Positions 22,967-35,746 are shown, counted from the first letter of the stretch. The stretch: 64,000 nt of DNA from Tubiluchus corallicola (GCA_030141605.1 JAQGDQ010000208.1:186001-250000); one strand, 5' to 3'. Program-made: numbers and translations. The notes: generated by a model not told the origin, from the letters alone.

Positions 22967-25900
22967 ATGAGTATGGCTGAGTGTGATAAAATTAAACACT
23001 CTAGAAGTAGATCCAAGGGTTGGGTGAAGACTGGCATAAAATTACTAAAAGAGGCGATATCTAGTGAAACGCCTAACTTTGTGTTTGTTCAGCAAAAATT
23101 AGAGAACCTTGGAAAATATATTGCCACCTTTAATGAAACAGAAGTGCAATTAGAAGATTATTTAGAAGGTGAAGAACTTGAGCAAGCGATTATAGAGGCA
23201 AGTGAATTAATCAACACAGCGGAATTAATTTCTGCTCAGGCACTAAGTTTGCTAAAACCAGATTCAAGACCATGTAGTCCTAGTGATTTCCAGCGACATG
23301 CAAGTGATAATGATTTTGTCTTGCGACGAGTGAATAACTGTGATTTAGCACGTAGTGAAAGTGCAGCGAATTTATCAACTAATAATGTAGTCGGTGCAGA
23401 AATCACCAACGTAAAACTGCCTAAATTGCAACTGCCAACTTTCAGTGGTGACCCATTGAAGTTTTACGAATTTTGGGACATGTTCGTTGCTTCTGTGGAT
23501 GCCAAACCTGTACCAGACGTTCATAAACTTGTTTACTTAAAGAGCTTACTTAAAGGTGAAGCTGCTCATGTGATAGATGGCCTACAGCCTGTAGATGGCA
23601 ATTATAAGGAAGCTGTTTCTTTGTTAAAGGAGAGATTTGGTGATAAAGACGCAATCGAGATGTCATTGCTAAATAAACTGTGGCAGTTAAAGCCCATCAC
23701 TGATTCGAAAAATATTGAAGCACAAGGAAGTTTTGTAGATGAGCTTGAAGTTGTTATAAGAGGCCTCAGTGCAATGGGACTTAGTACAGAAGAATTAGGT
23801 AAAACCCTAAAGCCTCTCTTTCTAGCAAAAATTCCATATGCTTGGCGTGTTGAATGGGAGCGAATGAGAAGGCGTGAAGATGACACAACATGCTTTGAAA
23901 AATTTCGACAGTTCATGAAAAGCGAAGTTGATATTAGACGAAAGGCTGCTTCATATACTCGCCATAGAGAGTCTGGTGAATGTAGTCGTCGTGCTGGGTA
24001 TAAGAATTTAGGTGTGAGGAGCACCCTAGATTCAGTTTCTGTTCTTCAGTCTAGTGATTCTTGTGGCAACACTAAAAATGCACTTTCAGCTTCGAAGAAT
24101 TCCCATTGTTTATTTTGTGGTAGAGCTCAACATATGTGGCGTGATTGTGCGGCTCTTCCTACTATGACTTTGCAAGAGCGAAAACGGAAGGTTGCTGAGG
24201 AGCACCGTTGTTTTTTGTGTCTTGGTTTAAACCACAGAGCTGATACTTGCCGTAAACCTCCATGCAAGCGATGTAGTAAACGGCATCATTATTTATTGTG
24301 CAATTCAATTACTGGCAACTCCCAGGTGAGTCCTTATGTTAAAAGAGGTTCAAATACTTCTGATGCAAGTGTTGATGTTCCATCAGTTCATTTACAGTCT
24401 TTTGGTACGAATGTTGTGTTCTTAATGACTGCGACTGCTGTTTTGGAAGGTACCAAATCGTCAATTCCTATTCGTGTTTTTATAGATCCTGGTGCCACTA
24501 CCTCTCTTATTTTGGGTGATGTTGCAGAGCGAGCAGGTTGCGAAATTATAGGCGAGCGTAATCTTTCGTTAGCTATTATGGGTGGACTTAGCACACCGCC
24601 ACAGAAATGCCACATTGTTCGCGCTAAACTTCGAACAAATACCGGAAAAATTGTGACCTTTAATGCCACCACTCAAGATAAACTAGTGAGACCCTTTCCG
24701 ACATGTTCTGAGGGTGATTGGTTAGGAGACTTAAAGGGCATGATCCTAGGTGACCCAGAGATTCTTAGTGGCAATCCACGAGAAATTCATCTACTAGTTG
24801 GTAGTGATGTTTATCACCAAATAATGGGCTCGAGGCATTCCATTACTCTGCGAAACGGCCCCACAGCTGTTGATTCAATATTTGGATGGCTTTTGCATGG
24901 TCCCTGTACCGGAAAACTGAACAAATGTGATGGTGATTCAGTTTGCTGTTCCCAAGTGATTGATGGATCTGCACCCGTGAATGATCTACAGCGATTGTGG
25001 TCCTTAGACAGCATAGACAGCCCTGCTGATGAACTTCAGTGTAGTGATTCTTTAATATGGCAGCACTTTCGAAATAATCTGTGCTTTGAAGATGGGCGAT
25101 ATTGTGTTAAGCTTCCATGGAAAGAGGATCATCCACCACTGTTAAATAATTGGAAGTCTGCTGAAATACAAAGGTGTAAATTAGAATCTAAATTGAGCCC
25201 AGAATTGCATGTGCAATATGATTCAGAGATAAAATCTATGATTCAGTTGGGTTTTGTAAAACCAGTGTCATCTTGTGATGATTTGGAAGATGGTGCAGTA
25301 TACTATTTGCCTCATCGACCTGTGATTCGTGAAGATAAGGAAACGACAAAGATTCGACCTGTTTTTAATGCAAGTGCTAAGGGTCCTAATGGTGTGTCTT
25401 TAAATACGTGTCTTGAGATCGGTCCTAATTTGTTGCCTGAGATACCGGATATTATGTTGCAATTTCGTTCCAATCCAGTTGGTTTTTGCGGTGATTTAGA
25501 AAAAGCATTTTTAATGATTGCAGTGTCTGTTGAAGATCAGAATGTTTTGCGATTTTTGTGGCATGGTAGTGAATATAAATTTGTGAGGCTTCCATTTGGT
25601 GTATCCAGTTCTCCTTTTCTTTTGATGGCTACCATTGCTACACATTTAGATTTTGAAGGTAGTAATCTTTCAGCTGAGATGAAACGTTGCATGTATATGG
25701 ATGACTACCTGAATGGCGCTACCGACAGTGAGCAAGCATTAGTGAAGATTAAGCATGCTATCAATGTGATGCAACAAGCTGGCATGAATTTGCGAAAATG
25801 GCACAGTAATGATCAACAAGTGAGAGAAACCCTGCTGATAGAGAGTGAATTTGTAAAAGTTTTAGGCTTGCACTGGAATACTAAGTTTGATACTTTAGCT

Positions 25901-28288
25901 GTAGCAGTACCTATGCTTGATACAAATGTAATTAATGTGACAAAGCGCTATATACTCAGTGTAACTGCATCTGTGTTTGACCCTTTAGGAATGGTCTGTG
26001 GCATTTTGCTAGCTGGGAAATTAATTCTCCAGGATCTCTGGAGAACTGGCATAGGTTGGGATGCATGTATTGATGATGAGATATTGTTAAGGCAGTTTGA
26101 TTCCTTTTGTATGCAACTTAGGCAATTGTCTGACCTTAAAATAGCACGGTACCTTAATGTAAATAGTAATTACTCTGTACATGTGTTCACTGATGCTTCT
26201 GTTTTAGGCTATTGTGCTGTATGTTATGTACGATGTGAAACTGACTGTGGTGTACAAATTTACTTTGTGCTTGCTAGAACTAGAGTTGCCCCTGTAAAGC
26301 AAATAACTTTGCCTCGCTTAGAACTTAATGCTTGTTTACTTGGTTCTAAACTTGTGAATCGCTTAGGTTTTATGTTAGCAATGGAGAATACACAACTGTA
26401 CTTTTGGACGGATTCAATGATAGCACTGCATTGGATAAATGGTGATTTATCTAAACGAGATTCTTACGTCAAATCCAGAGTGAAGAGAATTCGTGACTTG
26501 ACTCCAAAGGAGGCTTGGGGTCATGTGCCTGGTGAACAAAATCCAGCAGACTTGGGCACGAGACCAGTGACTATGAATCAACTTCTTCTTTCTATGTGGC
26601 TCACAGGTCCTGCTTGGTTATACCTGTCTTGTGATAAGTGGCCTGGAAAGCCAAATTTAGAGGATAATGCTGTACACACTGTTGATGTGAACTTTGCTTT
26701 GGAAGACCCTGACTTTAGTGTACAGAATATCATACAAGTAACTAACTTTAGCTCTTTTCGTAAATTGCGTAGAGTGACAGCCTGGGTGATACGTTTTGTA
26801 TCTAACTTGAGGAAACCAGCTAGCGATAGACAGCTCGGCGATGTGATCACTGCTGATGAGTTGCATAATGCTGAGAGATTATGGTGGCTTTCTGTACAGC
26901 AGATTCATTATGCAACTGATATAAAGCATTTAATTCAGGACAAACATGTGAAAAAGGATTCGAAGCTGTATTTACTTGATCCCCAATTAGATGAAGCTGG
27001 AATAATGAGAATTGGTGGAAGACTTGGGTGTGAGAATAAATTTCAGGTGATTCTTCCACAGCATTCATACATTGTTACTCTCTTGATTCGCTTTTATCAC
27101 GAGAATCATCTCCATGCTGGCGTGAATCAAACCCTATGTGCATTACGTGAGAAGTATTGGATTGTACACGGTAGGAGATCGGTATCACGTGTACTCAGTG
27201 ATTGTGTTATCTGCCGGAAGATTCATGCAAGGCAGTGCGACCAAGTACCAGCCCCTCTTCCTTCTACTCGTATTACTTTTGAAGGGGCATTTGTGGTGTC
27301 TGGCCTTGATTATGCTGGACCTTTTCATGTTGCTAAAGATGTGAAGTTGAGACTCGATCAAAAGGTGTATGTCGCGATTCTGACTTGTTCCACTACACGT
27401 GCTGTACATTTTGAACTGGTACATAGCCTATCAGCAGAGGATGCAGTTGACATGCTAAAGCGATTTTTTGGTCGATGTGGTTATCCAAAGCGCATCATAA
27501 GTGATAATACTACTACTTTCAAGAATGAATTGGTTCAAAAATTTGTAAGTGATAAAGGTATCATATGGCAATTTAATGCTCCCCGTGCTCCCTGGTGGGG
27601 TGGTTTTTTCGAGAGAATGGTCCGGTCTCTTAAAACTGTATTGAGAAAAGTGCTGGGACGTGCTTTCCTTCGTAAGGAGGAGTTTGCAACAACACTTACT
27701 GAAGTAGAAGCTTCTATTAATGCTCGTCCTCTAACTTATGTCGGTGATGAGATGTGTCTTACCCCTGCTCATTTCCTTATTGGCAGACCAATGCTAGAAA
27801 CACCTTTAGAGACTCCCAGTATTTTAGACTCAAGTCATGAAGCGTTAACAGCTCGACAGAAACATCGATGTATGGTGACAAGACAACTTGAGAAGCGCTG
27901 GCAAAAAGAATATCTACAGCTTTTACCACGTGTTCTTCCTGGGTCAGAGCGTCATCCTCCTAAAGAAGGAGATGTTGTAATTATCCGAGAGGACAACATA
28001 CCCCGTCTGAAATGGCCTATGGCTGTAATTGAGAATTTGCATCCTGGACGTGATGGTGTAGTGCGAACTGTTACTGTAAAAACTTCTAATGGCAAGCTGG
28101 TTCGCCCCATACAACGTCTTCATCATCTTGAGATTAATGTACCCAGTGATGTTAATCCTGTCCCAGGTGACGTAAGTGATGATGGTTGTGATGAGGAGAG
28201 TGATATCCAATCTAAAGAGCATCCAGCTGATGTAGTTCAAACTCGCTCTGGAAGAATTGCTAAAAAACCCAAGAAATTGGATTTGTAG
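22967..28288 (+). CDS. BEL/Pao Gag-Pol polyprotein, 1773 aa (Gag, Zn knuckles, aspartic protease, RT, RNase H, integrase)
   Basis: KLPKLQLPTFSGDP Gag motif; three Cys/His knuckles; protease IDPGA; RT YYLPHRPV..RLPFG..YMDD; RNase H FTDAS..RLEL..WTDS..NPAD; integrase HHCC, GLDYAGP, SDN, WWGGFFERMV; C-terminal TRSGR. Confidence 0.97.
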   Translation: MSMAECDKIKHSRSRSKGWVKTGIKLLKEAISSETPNFVFVQQKLENLGKYIATFNETEVQLEDYLEGEELEQAIIEASELINTAELISAQALSLLKPDSRPCSPSDFQRHASDNDFVLRRVNNCDLARSESAANLSTNNVVGAEITNVKLPKLQLPTFSGDPLKFYEFWDMFVASVDAKPVPDVHKLVYLKSLLKGEAAHVIDGLQPVDGNYKEAVSLLKERFGDKDAIEMSLLNKLWQLKPITDSKNIEAQGSFVDELEVVIRGLSAMGLSTEELGKTLKPLFLAKIPYAWRVEWERMRRREDDTTCFEKFRQFMKSEVDIRRKAASYTRHRESGECSRRAGYKNLGVRSTLDSVSVLQSSDSCGNTKNALSASKNSHCLFCGRAQHMWRDCAALPTMTLQERKRKVAEEHRCFLCLGLNHRADTCRKPPCKRCSKRHHYLLCNSITGNSQVSPYVKRGSNTSDASVDVPSVHLQSFGTNVVFLMTATAVLEGTKSSIPIRVFIDPGATTSLILGDVAERAGCEIIGERNLSLAIMGGLSTPPQKCHIVRAKLRTNTGKIVTFNATTQDKLVRPFPTCSEGDWLGDLKGMILGDPEILSGNPREIHLLVGSDVYHQIMGSRHSITLRNGPTAVDSIFGWLLHGPCTGKLNKCDGDSVCCSQVIDGSAPVNDLQRLWSLDSIDSPADELQCSDSLIWQHFRNNLCFEDGRYCVKLPWKEDHPPLLNNWKSAEIQRCKLESKLSPELHVQYDSEIKSMIQLGFVKPVSSCDDLEDGAVYYLPHRPVIREDKETTKIRPVFNASAKGPNGVSLNTCLEIGPNLLPEIPDIMLQFRSNPVGFCGDLEKAFLMIAVSVEDQNVLRFLWHGSEYKFVRLPFGVSSSPFLLMATIATHLDFEGSNLSAEMKRCMYMDDYLNGATDSEQALVKIKHAINVMQQAGMNLRKWHSNDQQVRETLLIESEFVKVLGLHWNTKFDTLAVAVPMLDTNVINVTKRYILSVTASVFDPLGMVCGILLAGKLILQDLWRTGIGWDACIDDEILLRQFDSFCMQLRQLSDLKIARYLNVNSNYSVHVFTDASVLGYCAVCYVRCETDCGVQIYFVLARTRVAPVKQITLPRLELNACLLGSKLVNRLGFMLAMENTQLYFWTDSMIALHWINGDLSKRDSYVKSRVKRIRDLTPKEAWGHVPGEQNPADLGTRPVTMNQLLLSMWLTGPAWLYLSCDKWPGKPNLEDNAVHTVDVNFALEDPDFSVQNIIQVTNFSSFRKLRRVTAWVIRFVSNLRKPASDRQLGDVITADELHNAERLWWLSVQQIHYATDIKHLIQDKHVKKDSKLYLLDPQLDEAGIMRIGGRLGCENKFQVILPQHSYIVTLLIRFYHENHLHAGVNQTLCALREKYWIVHGRRSVSRVLSDCVICRKIHARQCDQVPAPLPSTRITFEGAFVVSGLDYAGPFHVAKDVKLRLDQKVYVAILTCSTTRAVHFELVHSLSAEDAVDMLKRFFGRCGYPKRIISDNTTTFKNELVQKFVSDKGIIWQFNAPRAPWWGGFFERMVRSLKTVLRKVLGRAFLRKEEFATTLTEVEASINARPLTYVGDEMCLTPAHFLIGRPMLETPLETPSILDSSHEALTARQKHRCMVTRQLEKRWQKEYLQLLPRVLPGSERHPPKEGDVVIIREDNIPRLKWPMAVIENLHPGRDGVVRTVTVKTSNGKLVRPIQRLHHLEINVPSDVNPVPGDVSDDGCDEESDIQSKEHPADVVQTRSGRIAKKPKKLDL

Positions 28289-29108
28289 GTTTGTGTTTTG
28301 GTATTACAGTCATGTGTGGTTTACAGTGAATGTCTGAATTGTAATTCTCATTTATTACAGTAGCAGATGGAGTGATGTTTCTGTATTGTTTATTGCTCTG
28401 AATGTTTTTTGTTGATAGCTGTATTTGTTTACAATTTGAAGACAGTATAGAATTTTGTATTGAATTTCATCTTTTGTGTCTTGTGGCAAAGCTTAACTTT
28501 TGTGTATCAAGTTTGATACCCCATGTATTTAGTAACTTGATCTTAGTGCTTGCGCATATGGTACTTTGGCAGCTTGTAATTTGCAAACTGCAGTTGTAAT
28601 TCTTTGCTGTAAGTGCAGAAGATTCAAAGTTGTATTCCCATTGTAACTATTACAGTAGTAACATTGAATTTGTGATAAGTTACTGGTTGTATTTTTTGTT
28701 TCTGTTTAAGATTTAAATTTGTATGTGATTAATGCTAGATGCTTTAATCCAAAATTGCATTAATTTAAGTCATTAACTAGCACAATGAGATTACTGAGTG
28801 TTGACTTTTACAATTGAGTATTGTAATCAAAGGTCAGATTACTATCAGTGAGTTTTACAGTTGTTCATTTGTTCTGTGAAGTTACAATTTGAGAGCTTGT
28901 GCTTACCTGATATGTAATTAGAAGAGTATTCTATAATTCTCGTAAGTTTAAAGTAATTTGATAACCATACAGTGTAATTTTGACTTTCAAGTGACCTAAT
29001 TTGCATTTTGTATCATGTGACCTTTCCTGTTGGAAGTAGAGTTGACCTTTGATTGACTTTCATGGTTTAATTTACTCAAAAGTAATATTTGTTCCCCCCC
29101 CCCGAGAA

Positions 29109-29301
29109 TGTAAAACTATGTCACGAAGATTTTGCATATTGTGTTTTTTGTAGCGGGGGTGTGCGCCATTTTTCTTGTTCCACGTGTGTGCGACATTTTT
29201 GTTTCAGTGACAAAATTCGATTTATGTGTGATGAACAATTTATAGTTTTAAATAAACAGATTGTATCTAATAATTGAAACTTATCCGTGATTGTATTTAT
29301 A
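29109..29301 (+). repeat. 3' LTR of BEL/Pao element
   Basis: Direct repeat of 22738-22930, followed by TSD GATTA. Confidence 0.95.
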
Positions 29302-29679
29302 GATTATCTTAAAACTACCAAACAGGTAAAACATCACGGCTTTGCATTTTTCAACATTAATACATGCCACGCATTTTTATGGCTGTAATATTAACTAAAC
29401 AAAGTCCAAAGCTTATGAATTACTAGAGTTATTACTACGACTCTACGAGATATCGGCGTATTGAATTACATATTTCGTATTGAGTTTCATACATATATGT
29501 ATGTGTATGTGTATATGCACATATGTATATTGCATGTGTACGTGTTTGTGTATGTGTATATACATATAATGTGTGACCATGTAAGAACAGACTTCACAGC
29601 ACATAATCATTCTGGTAGTAAATTCTTATTGCATTTATTATTATTAACATTATTATTATTACTGTCACTGTTATTATTA

Positions 29680-29680
<1 letters not shown>

Positions 29681-29761
<81 letters not shown>
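29681..29761. repeat. (ATT)n microsatellite
   Basis: Long perfect trinucleotide run, preceded by degenerate copies from about 29630. Confidence 0.97.
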
Positions 29762-30569
29762 GCATGGTAACAACACTACATGCAAATACTAGTTTCACTG
29801 AGTTAATTTGCAAGGCTATTCAGAATATTTTTGTTTCATCGAATTAACTTAAGTTCTAATTACATTCTAATTTGTTTTTTTTTGGTTTTTGCTCATATTT
29901 TTGTTTCTAACTAATTAACTATAGGTTATTGTAATGTATGGTTTCAGTTTATTTTTGTTTTTTATTTTGGTTTATGTAATTTATTTTATGCATTTCAGGC
30001 AACTGTATTTCTAATAATTATATTATGTTGCTTTATTTTACTCACCATAAACTTCGAAATATCTGTAATTATTTAATCTTATTTGTACAAAATTAATTAT
30101 TGTCTCCTCAGATAATATTAAATTCATAACTCTTAGCAGCACAAATTATTGACATAACGTATTCGTATTATTAAATTAAAAAATAAATTGAAATAACATA
30201 TTTATATAGGAGTGGCTGCTCGATGACCACTGGTCCTTCACCACCGCGTCTCTATTTTTGTTAAAATAATTTATTATTTCATACACTTTGTAACCCATTG
30301 AGAGAGGCAAATAAAATTTTTGAATTGAATTGAGTTGACTGTGTACAGTAACAACATCTCTATGTTTGGCAATAGAGGAGCGTTTACCATTGTCTAAATG
30401 AAATTCATTTTTGATTTGTTCTTGTACTTTGATTATTTTTTATAATCGTAATGTATATTTTTGCCATGATACACTAACGTGTTTGTCCAATAAAATAAAA
30501 ATGAATTGAATGGAAAAGATTTCCCTCAATGGTTTAACCAAACAAATTTAAACACTTAGATTCACAGCT

Positions 30570-31530
30570 CTCTACAAAGTAAGTCATTTACTATATCTAT
30601 GCAGTATACTGATGATGTGGCATGGATTACAAGAAACAAAGAAGAAATAGATGAAATAAAAAAACTCAATACAGGAGAAACTGAACAGAATGGATCTCGT
30701 TGTAAACAAAAATAAAACTGAAGAGTTTCACATAACATGCCATGGTGATGAATCGTGCCAAGGATGCAGGTATCTCGGTAGTCTGCTAGCAACAGAAGAT
30801 GACATATCAAGACGGAAGATAATGGCGTTATCAGCTTGCTCAACACTCACAAAAGTTTTTGAGAATAGGAAGATTTCTTTGGAAACAAAAATTAGAATAT
30901 TCTCAGCCTTAGTTGAAACTGTATTTCTGTATAACTCTGAGCTCTGGACATTAAAAGCATATCATAAAGCTGAAATCGATGCGTTTCAAAATTACAGAAA
31001 CATTTTGGATATTATAGATGGCCAAAGAAAATTTCAAACAAAGATCTATATGAAAAAATAAGAGAAGAAGCTTGGACAAGAAAAATAAAAAGACGCCGTT
31101 TAAGATGGATTGAGCATATGCTTAGACTACCTGATGATATTCCAGTGAAGATAGCTCTTCAACAAGCCACAGAACCAGCTAAAAAACCCGCAAGAGGACA
31201 AATGTTAACATATTTAGATTTTCCACAGAAAGATTTAAACACTTCAGTATTAAAACTATTAATTCTTAGAAATGAATGCACTTGGGGCATTATGGCAAGC
31301 AGGGAGTACTGTCATAGGGAGGTGAGCAGAATCATGTCCCTGGACGTATTCATTGGATAATGATGAAAGAAATTGGAGTTCAAAAGTCAAGATCCGAAGA
31401 TTAAGATGGCAGGGACATCTGAGATTACCAAATGAAACACCAGTAAGAACTGCCTTAAAAACTTACAGAAAACAACCTGACAAACCTAAAACAGCTTGAA
31501 TAGCTAAGATAAATAAGGATCTTCAACCTA
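30570..31530 (+). mobile_element. Decayed RTE-like LINE 3' portion (frameshifted), plus a second related fragment at about 31380-31530
   Basis: QYTDD remnant near 30602, then YLGSLL..EDDISRRK, LETKIRIFSALVETVFLYNSELWT, RRLRWIEHMLRLPDDIPVKIAL; multiple frameshifts. Confidence 0.85.
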
Positions 31531-34500
31531 ATCTATCTTTAGGAGTAGAAGAAGTGGGTGAAATACACTGATAAATGTTGATACCTCAATGCCTGCAATA
31601 GGTGGAATTGGATTTTGAAGAAGAAGAATGTGAGAGTTTTCGTTTTGAAATTCAATTTTTCCTTTTTCGTCATTACTGTTGGGACTGTGGATGAAGCGAT
31701 TGTAGACCCATATCAAGTTGGTTTGACATTCGACGTTCGATATTCAATTTTTAAAATAAAAGCAGTAGTAAATGTGGTTTAATTTTCGAGGTTCGGTATG
31801 ACATCAAATGCTCTTAAGCACTTCACCTTACTAAACGAAACATTGCAACACCTTAATTCACTTCATTTAAGTTTATTTGCGTCATACACTTTCAATATAG
31901 AGACTTAAAAATAAATAGGAACAAAATTATAGATGCCGATTAAGACAACTGTGTTTTAAAGAATGCTGTATACAGCCAATAAAATTGCTTAATATCCTTA
32001 GTGAAGATTTGTATTATTGTTTAGTTGTCTGCCCGTGTATTTGTGTGGGTGCTATAGCATAAGCAAGGCAAACTTGTGGAAGGGACAAAAATTTGTCAAA
32101 AAGAACGTTTTGTGCTCAGTTTTTCACAAAGGTTAGAATACCATGTACGACAATGTATTCATGGGGGGCTTCATGGAAGTCTGGTAGAGAATTTTATAGT
32201 TCTACTTTTTTGCTTTGCCTTTCATCCAGTAAATAGCAGCAATGCTGTTGACTTCAAAGACTTTTTACATTGCTCAACCCCCTTTTTTGTTGAATCGCTG
32301 TCATTGCGGCTTACATTGATTTCACACACATATCCTGTCGCTTAACGATGCTAATGTGCTCTAGCAAAGTTGAAGGTAAGTTCCAGCCAAGGCTTCAGTT
32401 GAAAGTAATGTAAAATAATTGAGATACATTTCAGAGGCAAAAATTAATGCTGCTTATATTAAGCATTTTATGATGTTTTATTCGTGTTTCTACTGATTAA
32501 TTTCTTTCTGTTAGCTTGAAGCCACCTAACTTTATTACCAATACCTAGCTAACAGTTTCTCTTTTGCTAACATTGAAGGCTACTCCGTTAGCCTTTAAAT
32601 ACTGCATAATATAAGCCAAGCCATGGGGTGACATTGGGACAATTTCGTCTAGATTATCAATTTGGTTGCTGTATGTATTAACAGGTTGCAGGCAAAATTG
32701 CTTCCCATAAAGTTTGAACTCGGGTGTCTGGAAGTACATAAATCGCAAATAATCTTGCTTGTTACAAATGGCTAGCATTTAGTAGTCAGTCAGGAAGCAA
32801 AATCATAATAATGATTGTACTTGCTTACAATAATAACACAATATGTACTATTTTAGTGCTTCAATTTGGATAAAAAGTCGTTGATCAAATAAAATGGCTT
32901 TGAGCAAACTGAAAAAATAGTCGTTAAAAGGAAACGTGTGTCGCTAAATGAAAAAAGATATTACATTTTCAGTTTCGTCAAAACGAAACAGGGATTCGTT
33001 AAGCGAGGGCTTGCTGTACATCAAGTACTTGCGAGTACTTGCCGTGCAAAGCATCGCTTTGCTGTTCCACCAAAATGCCTTCTGCAGGAAATGATCTAAA
33101 AGCATTCACTGATTCAGTTGAATTCCAGGTGAAAAAGTCAGTAGTGCTTGGCTCACAAGCCACGCACTTTATGAAGTTTATTGTTTTCATTAAATAAAAG
33201 CTAAAGAATAACTAAAGTTTACAGTGAAAATTCAGGTTAAAATACTAAATACTTGTTTTCTTTCTTGCATATGGGTCATATTCTACTCTACAGAATGTAT
33301 AATTTTCTTCCTATAATGCACTTTTTTAAATAACAATATTTCTGGTGCAAGATCATCTCATTACTGGTAGATGCCAAAGAAATAGACTGATTTTAGTTGT
33401 ATTTTATGCAGGAAAAGCATTTCAGACATCTGGTGAAGCTGAATTCGGATTCTTGTAAAGTTTTTCCCACTGCCCATTTTCAACATTTTCGATACATTAA
33501 ACGTGATAGAAAGTATCGGTTTAAAAATTAATTTGCAGAGTTTTATTCTTAATAGCACACGAAATGCTAAAATCTTCGCAAATGCTTTTGGAACAACATA
33601 TATCTTTATTACTTAATTTTGTATGTCTCTACAATCATTGTCATTTCTGTTACTTTGATGAAAAAGCTGAGGCAGGTGCCACTTATTGTTTTAAATTTTT
33701 ATCAGCAGAGAGCACTACGAGTGATTTGGTGGCAAACCCTTTAATTGTGGCCTGTTACATTATTTTGCAAGTTTTCTGCGAAAAGTTTTGGTTCAACCTA
33801 TTTTGATTATGTTAATTCATGATTACTACTAAAACATTTTAGCCATTAAAAAGCATAACATAAAATGGGTATAATCATATATGGTAAATTTTGCTAAGTT
33901 ACTATGAAAAAACAAGCAAAAAACTGTTAAATGGATATAGTTGACCAAGGAGCAACTGTACTGCATAGTTACTGTAGTAACATAGTTGGCATTAGAAAAT
34001 GTGTTTAGCTTTTGTCCTTTTCTTTCTTTTTACACACTTAAAGACATGAAAATGTCATATCTTCTAAGACATTTTCTATTGAATTTGTAATATTTCTAGA
34101 TGCTAGATGAAAAGATACCAATTGGCTCTTTGGCAACTCTTGTGTCTGCTTGATTGTGGCATTGATTTTATACTTCTTTGTTTCTCCTTTATGTTTTTTA
34201 TTTACTATGCTCCTGTGTTTTTTCAGTATATTTGTATCCATTTTATGTGCTATTAATATAAACAAAAACTCCCAAAAAGATTAGTAGTTCTAGTAAATTG
34301 TGACTTTTTTTTCACAAAAATGCAGTTAACAGCAATTTACTTAGTAATTCTCCATTCAGAAACTCACATGGTCTTCTAAATAAGGGTCTTGTTTGCTTTA
34401 CCTAGGGCTGAGACCCACTTAATCTCAAAATGCAGTCAATGGAATCAAATAAAAGTAATGGTTTTAGGCAAATAAAATGTTACATCTATTCAGTATTGTT

Positions 34501-35347
34501 GTACTTATTCATGTTAATGCGTGCATAATACAAATAGCAGAAAATTTTAATAATCTTGTAATAAAAATGAAAATATCAATCATAGAAGAACCAATTTGCG
34601 TTTTTTATAAAGCATAATTTGAAATCGTTTTCAAAGTCTAATTAAAATTGAAACATGTGCATTTTTTAATGTGTGCACATATCACTACTCAAAAATCAGT
34701 AGCTAATTTCCGAGACAGCAAGCAAACTAGTTTTTTTTGTCTACTAGCCACATTTTTATGCATCACGCCTGTGTTAAAACATTTATTATCACTTGCTTTG
34801 TCCACAATCATTTGCCATTACTGTTAATACTATTTACTTGCAAGCTCTTAATGTTCTTACACTCTGGCCGTTTTATTTCCTATAAGTGGATAAGATAGCA
34901 TTTTTCTGCACTTTTAACATAGGTAAGTTGCAAATTAGATAATACTGTAGTTATATTCATAGTGTGTGTGCTATACTGTTTTTATTCAAGTTTGTACTGT
35001 GACATATAGACCTGTCAGCAAATTAAATTTATAATGATGTATGTACTTGCTTATAGTGGGTAAATTTTTTAGAACTAGTCTGGTGGTTCTTGCCGGTTCT
35101 TCATTTGTTCACTTGTTTTCATTTTTCGTCTTCTCTAGTAAGAAAGCACAAACTTTGTCAAGTGCATTAGGGTGTTTGTTAACTACTAAATATTCTAATT
35201 AGTATGCTGCTTTAAAGGCATCATTACACTTATGCTATTTTACAGTAACAGTACACGAAGTACTGCTATATAAATGAATTTTTGTATCTGAAAAGAGATA
35301 CCAAAGTAACCAAACACAAGATATACTATATGTGGATACAAACGTAT

Positions 35348-35382
<35 letters not shown>

Positions 35383-35383
35383 G

Positions 35384-35746
35384 CAATTTGTGCCGCTTGT
35401 TTGACTGACAGAAATGGAAAATAAATGCTCAGAAATACAGTCCATATGCTTTAGCTATCATATATATATATATATATATAAAATGAGTAACAACAAAATG
35501 GTTTTAGACATAGTTTTACGCTTTTTTGTAGGTTGTTTTCATTTAATGAAAATCTATGAATTCATTATTTCTGATTAACAATGTTTGTTGTTGACTGTTG
35601 GGTAGTTTACATTCTATTTTATTACGAAGAACCCTTGCCATTTATAATTAAAAACACAATTTAATCTTTTCTTATGCTAAAGCATATGGACTGTGTTTCT
35701 GAGCATTTGTTTTCATTTCTGTCAGTCAAACAAGCGGCACAAATTG
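35384..35746. repeat. Near-perfect inverted repeat of about 72 bp (35384-35455 / 35676-35746); left copy embedded between (TA)n runs
   Basis: caatttgtgccgcttgtttgactgacagaaatg...cagtccatatgctttagc is the reverse complement of gctaaagcatatggactg...catttctgtcagtcaaacaagcggcacaaattg. Confidence 0.9.

Larger units (their letters stand above)
22738..29301 (+). mobile_element. Full-length BEL/Pao LTR retrotransposon, 6564 bp
   Basis: 193-bp LTRs at 22738-22930 and 29109-29301, identical by eye. 5-bp TSD GATTA at 22733-22737 and 29302-29306. PBS TGGTGCCGAA.. from 22934 resembles the complement of the tRNA-Phe 3' end. C-run plus GAGAA precedes the 3' LTR. Single intact gag-pol ORF. Confidence 0.97.

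Noticed and set aside
23602-28240. Several antisense and alternative-frame ORFs inside the BEL/Pao ORF
   Set aside because: Shadow ORFs of a long coding sequence with no recognisable motifs.
28289-29108. Possible env gene in the LTR element
   Set aside because: Only a 65-aa ORF in T-rich sequence; no env-sized frame.
29461-29847. Poly-Tyr and poly-Asn ORFs
   Set aside because: Translation artefacts of the (ATT)n microsatellite.
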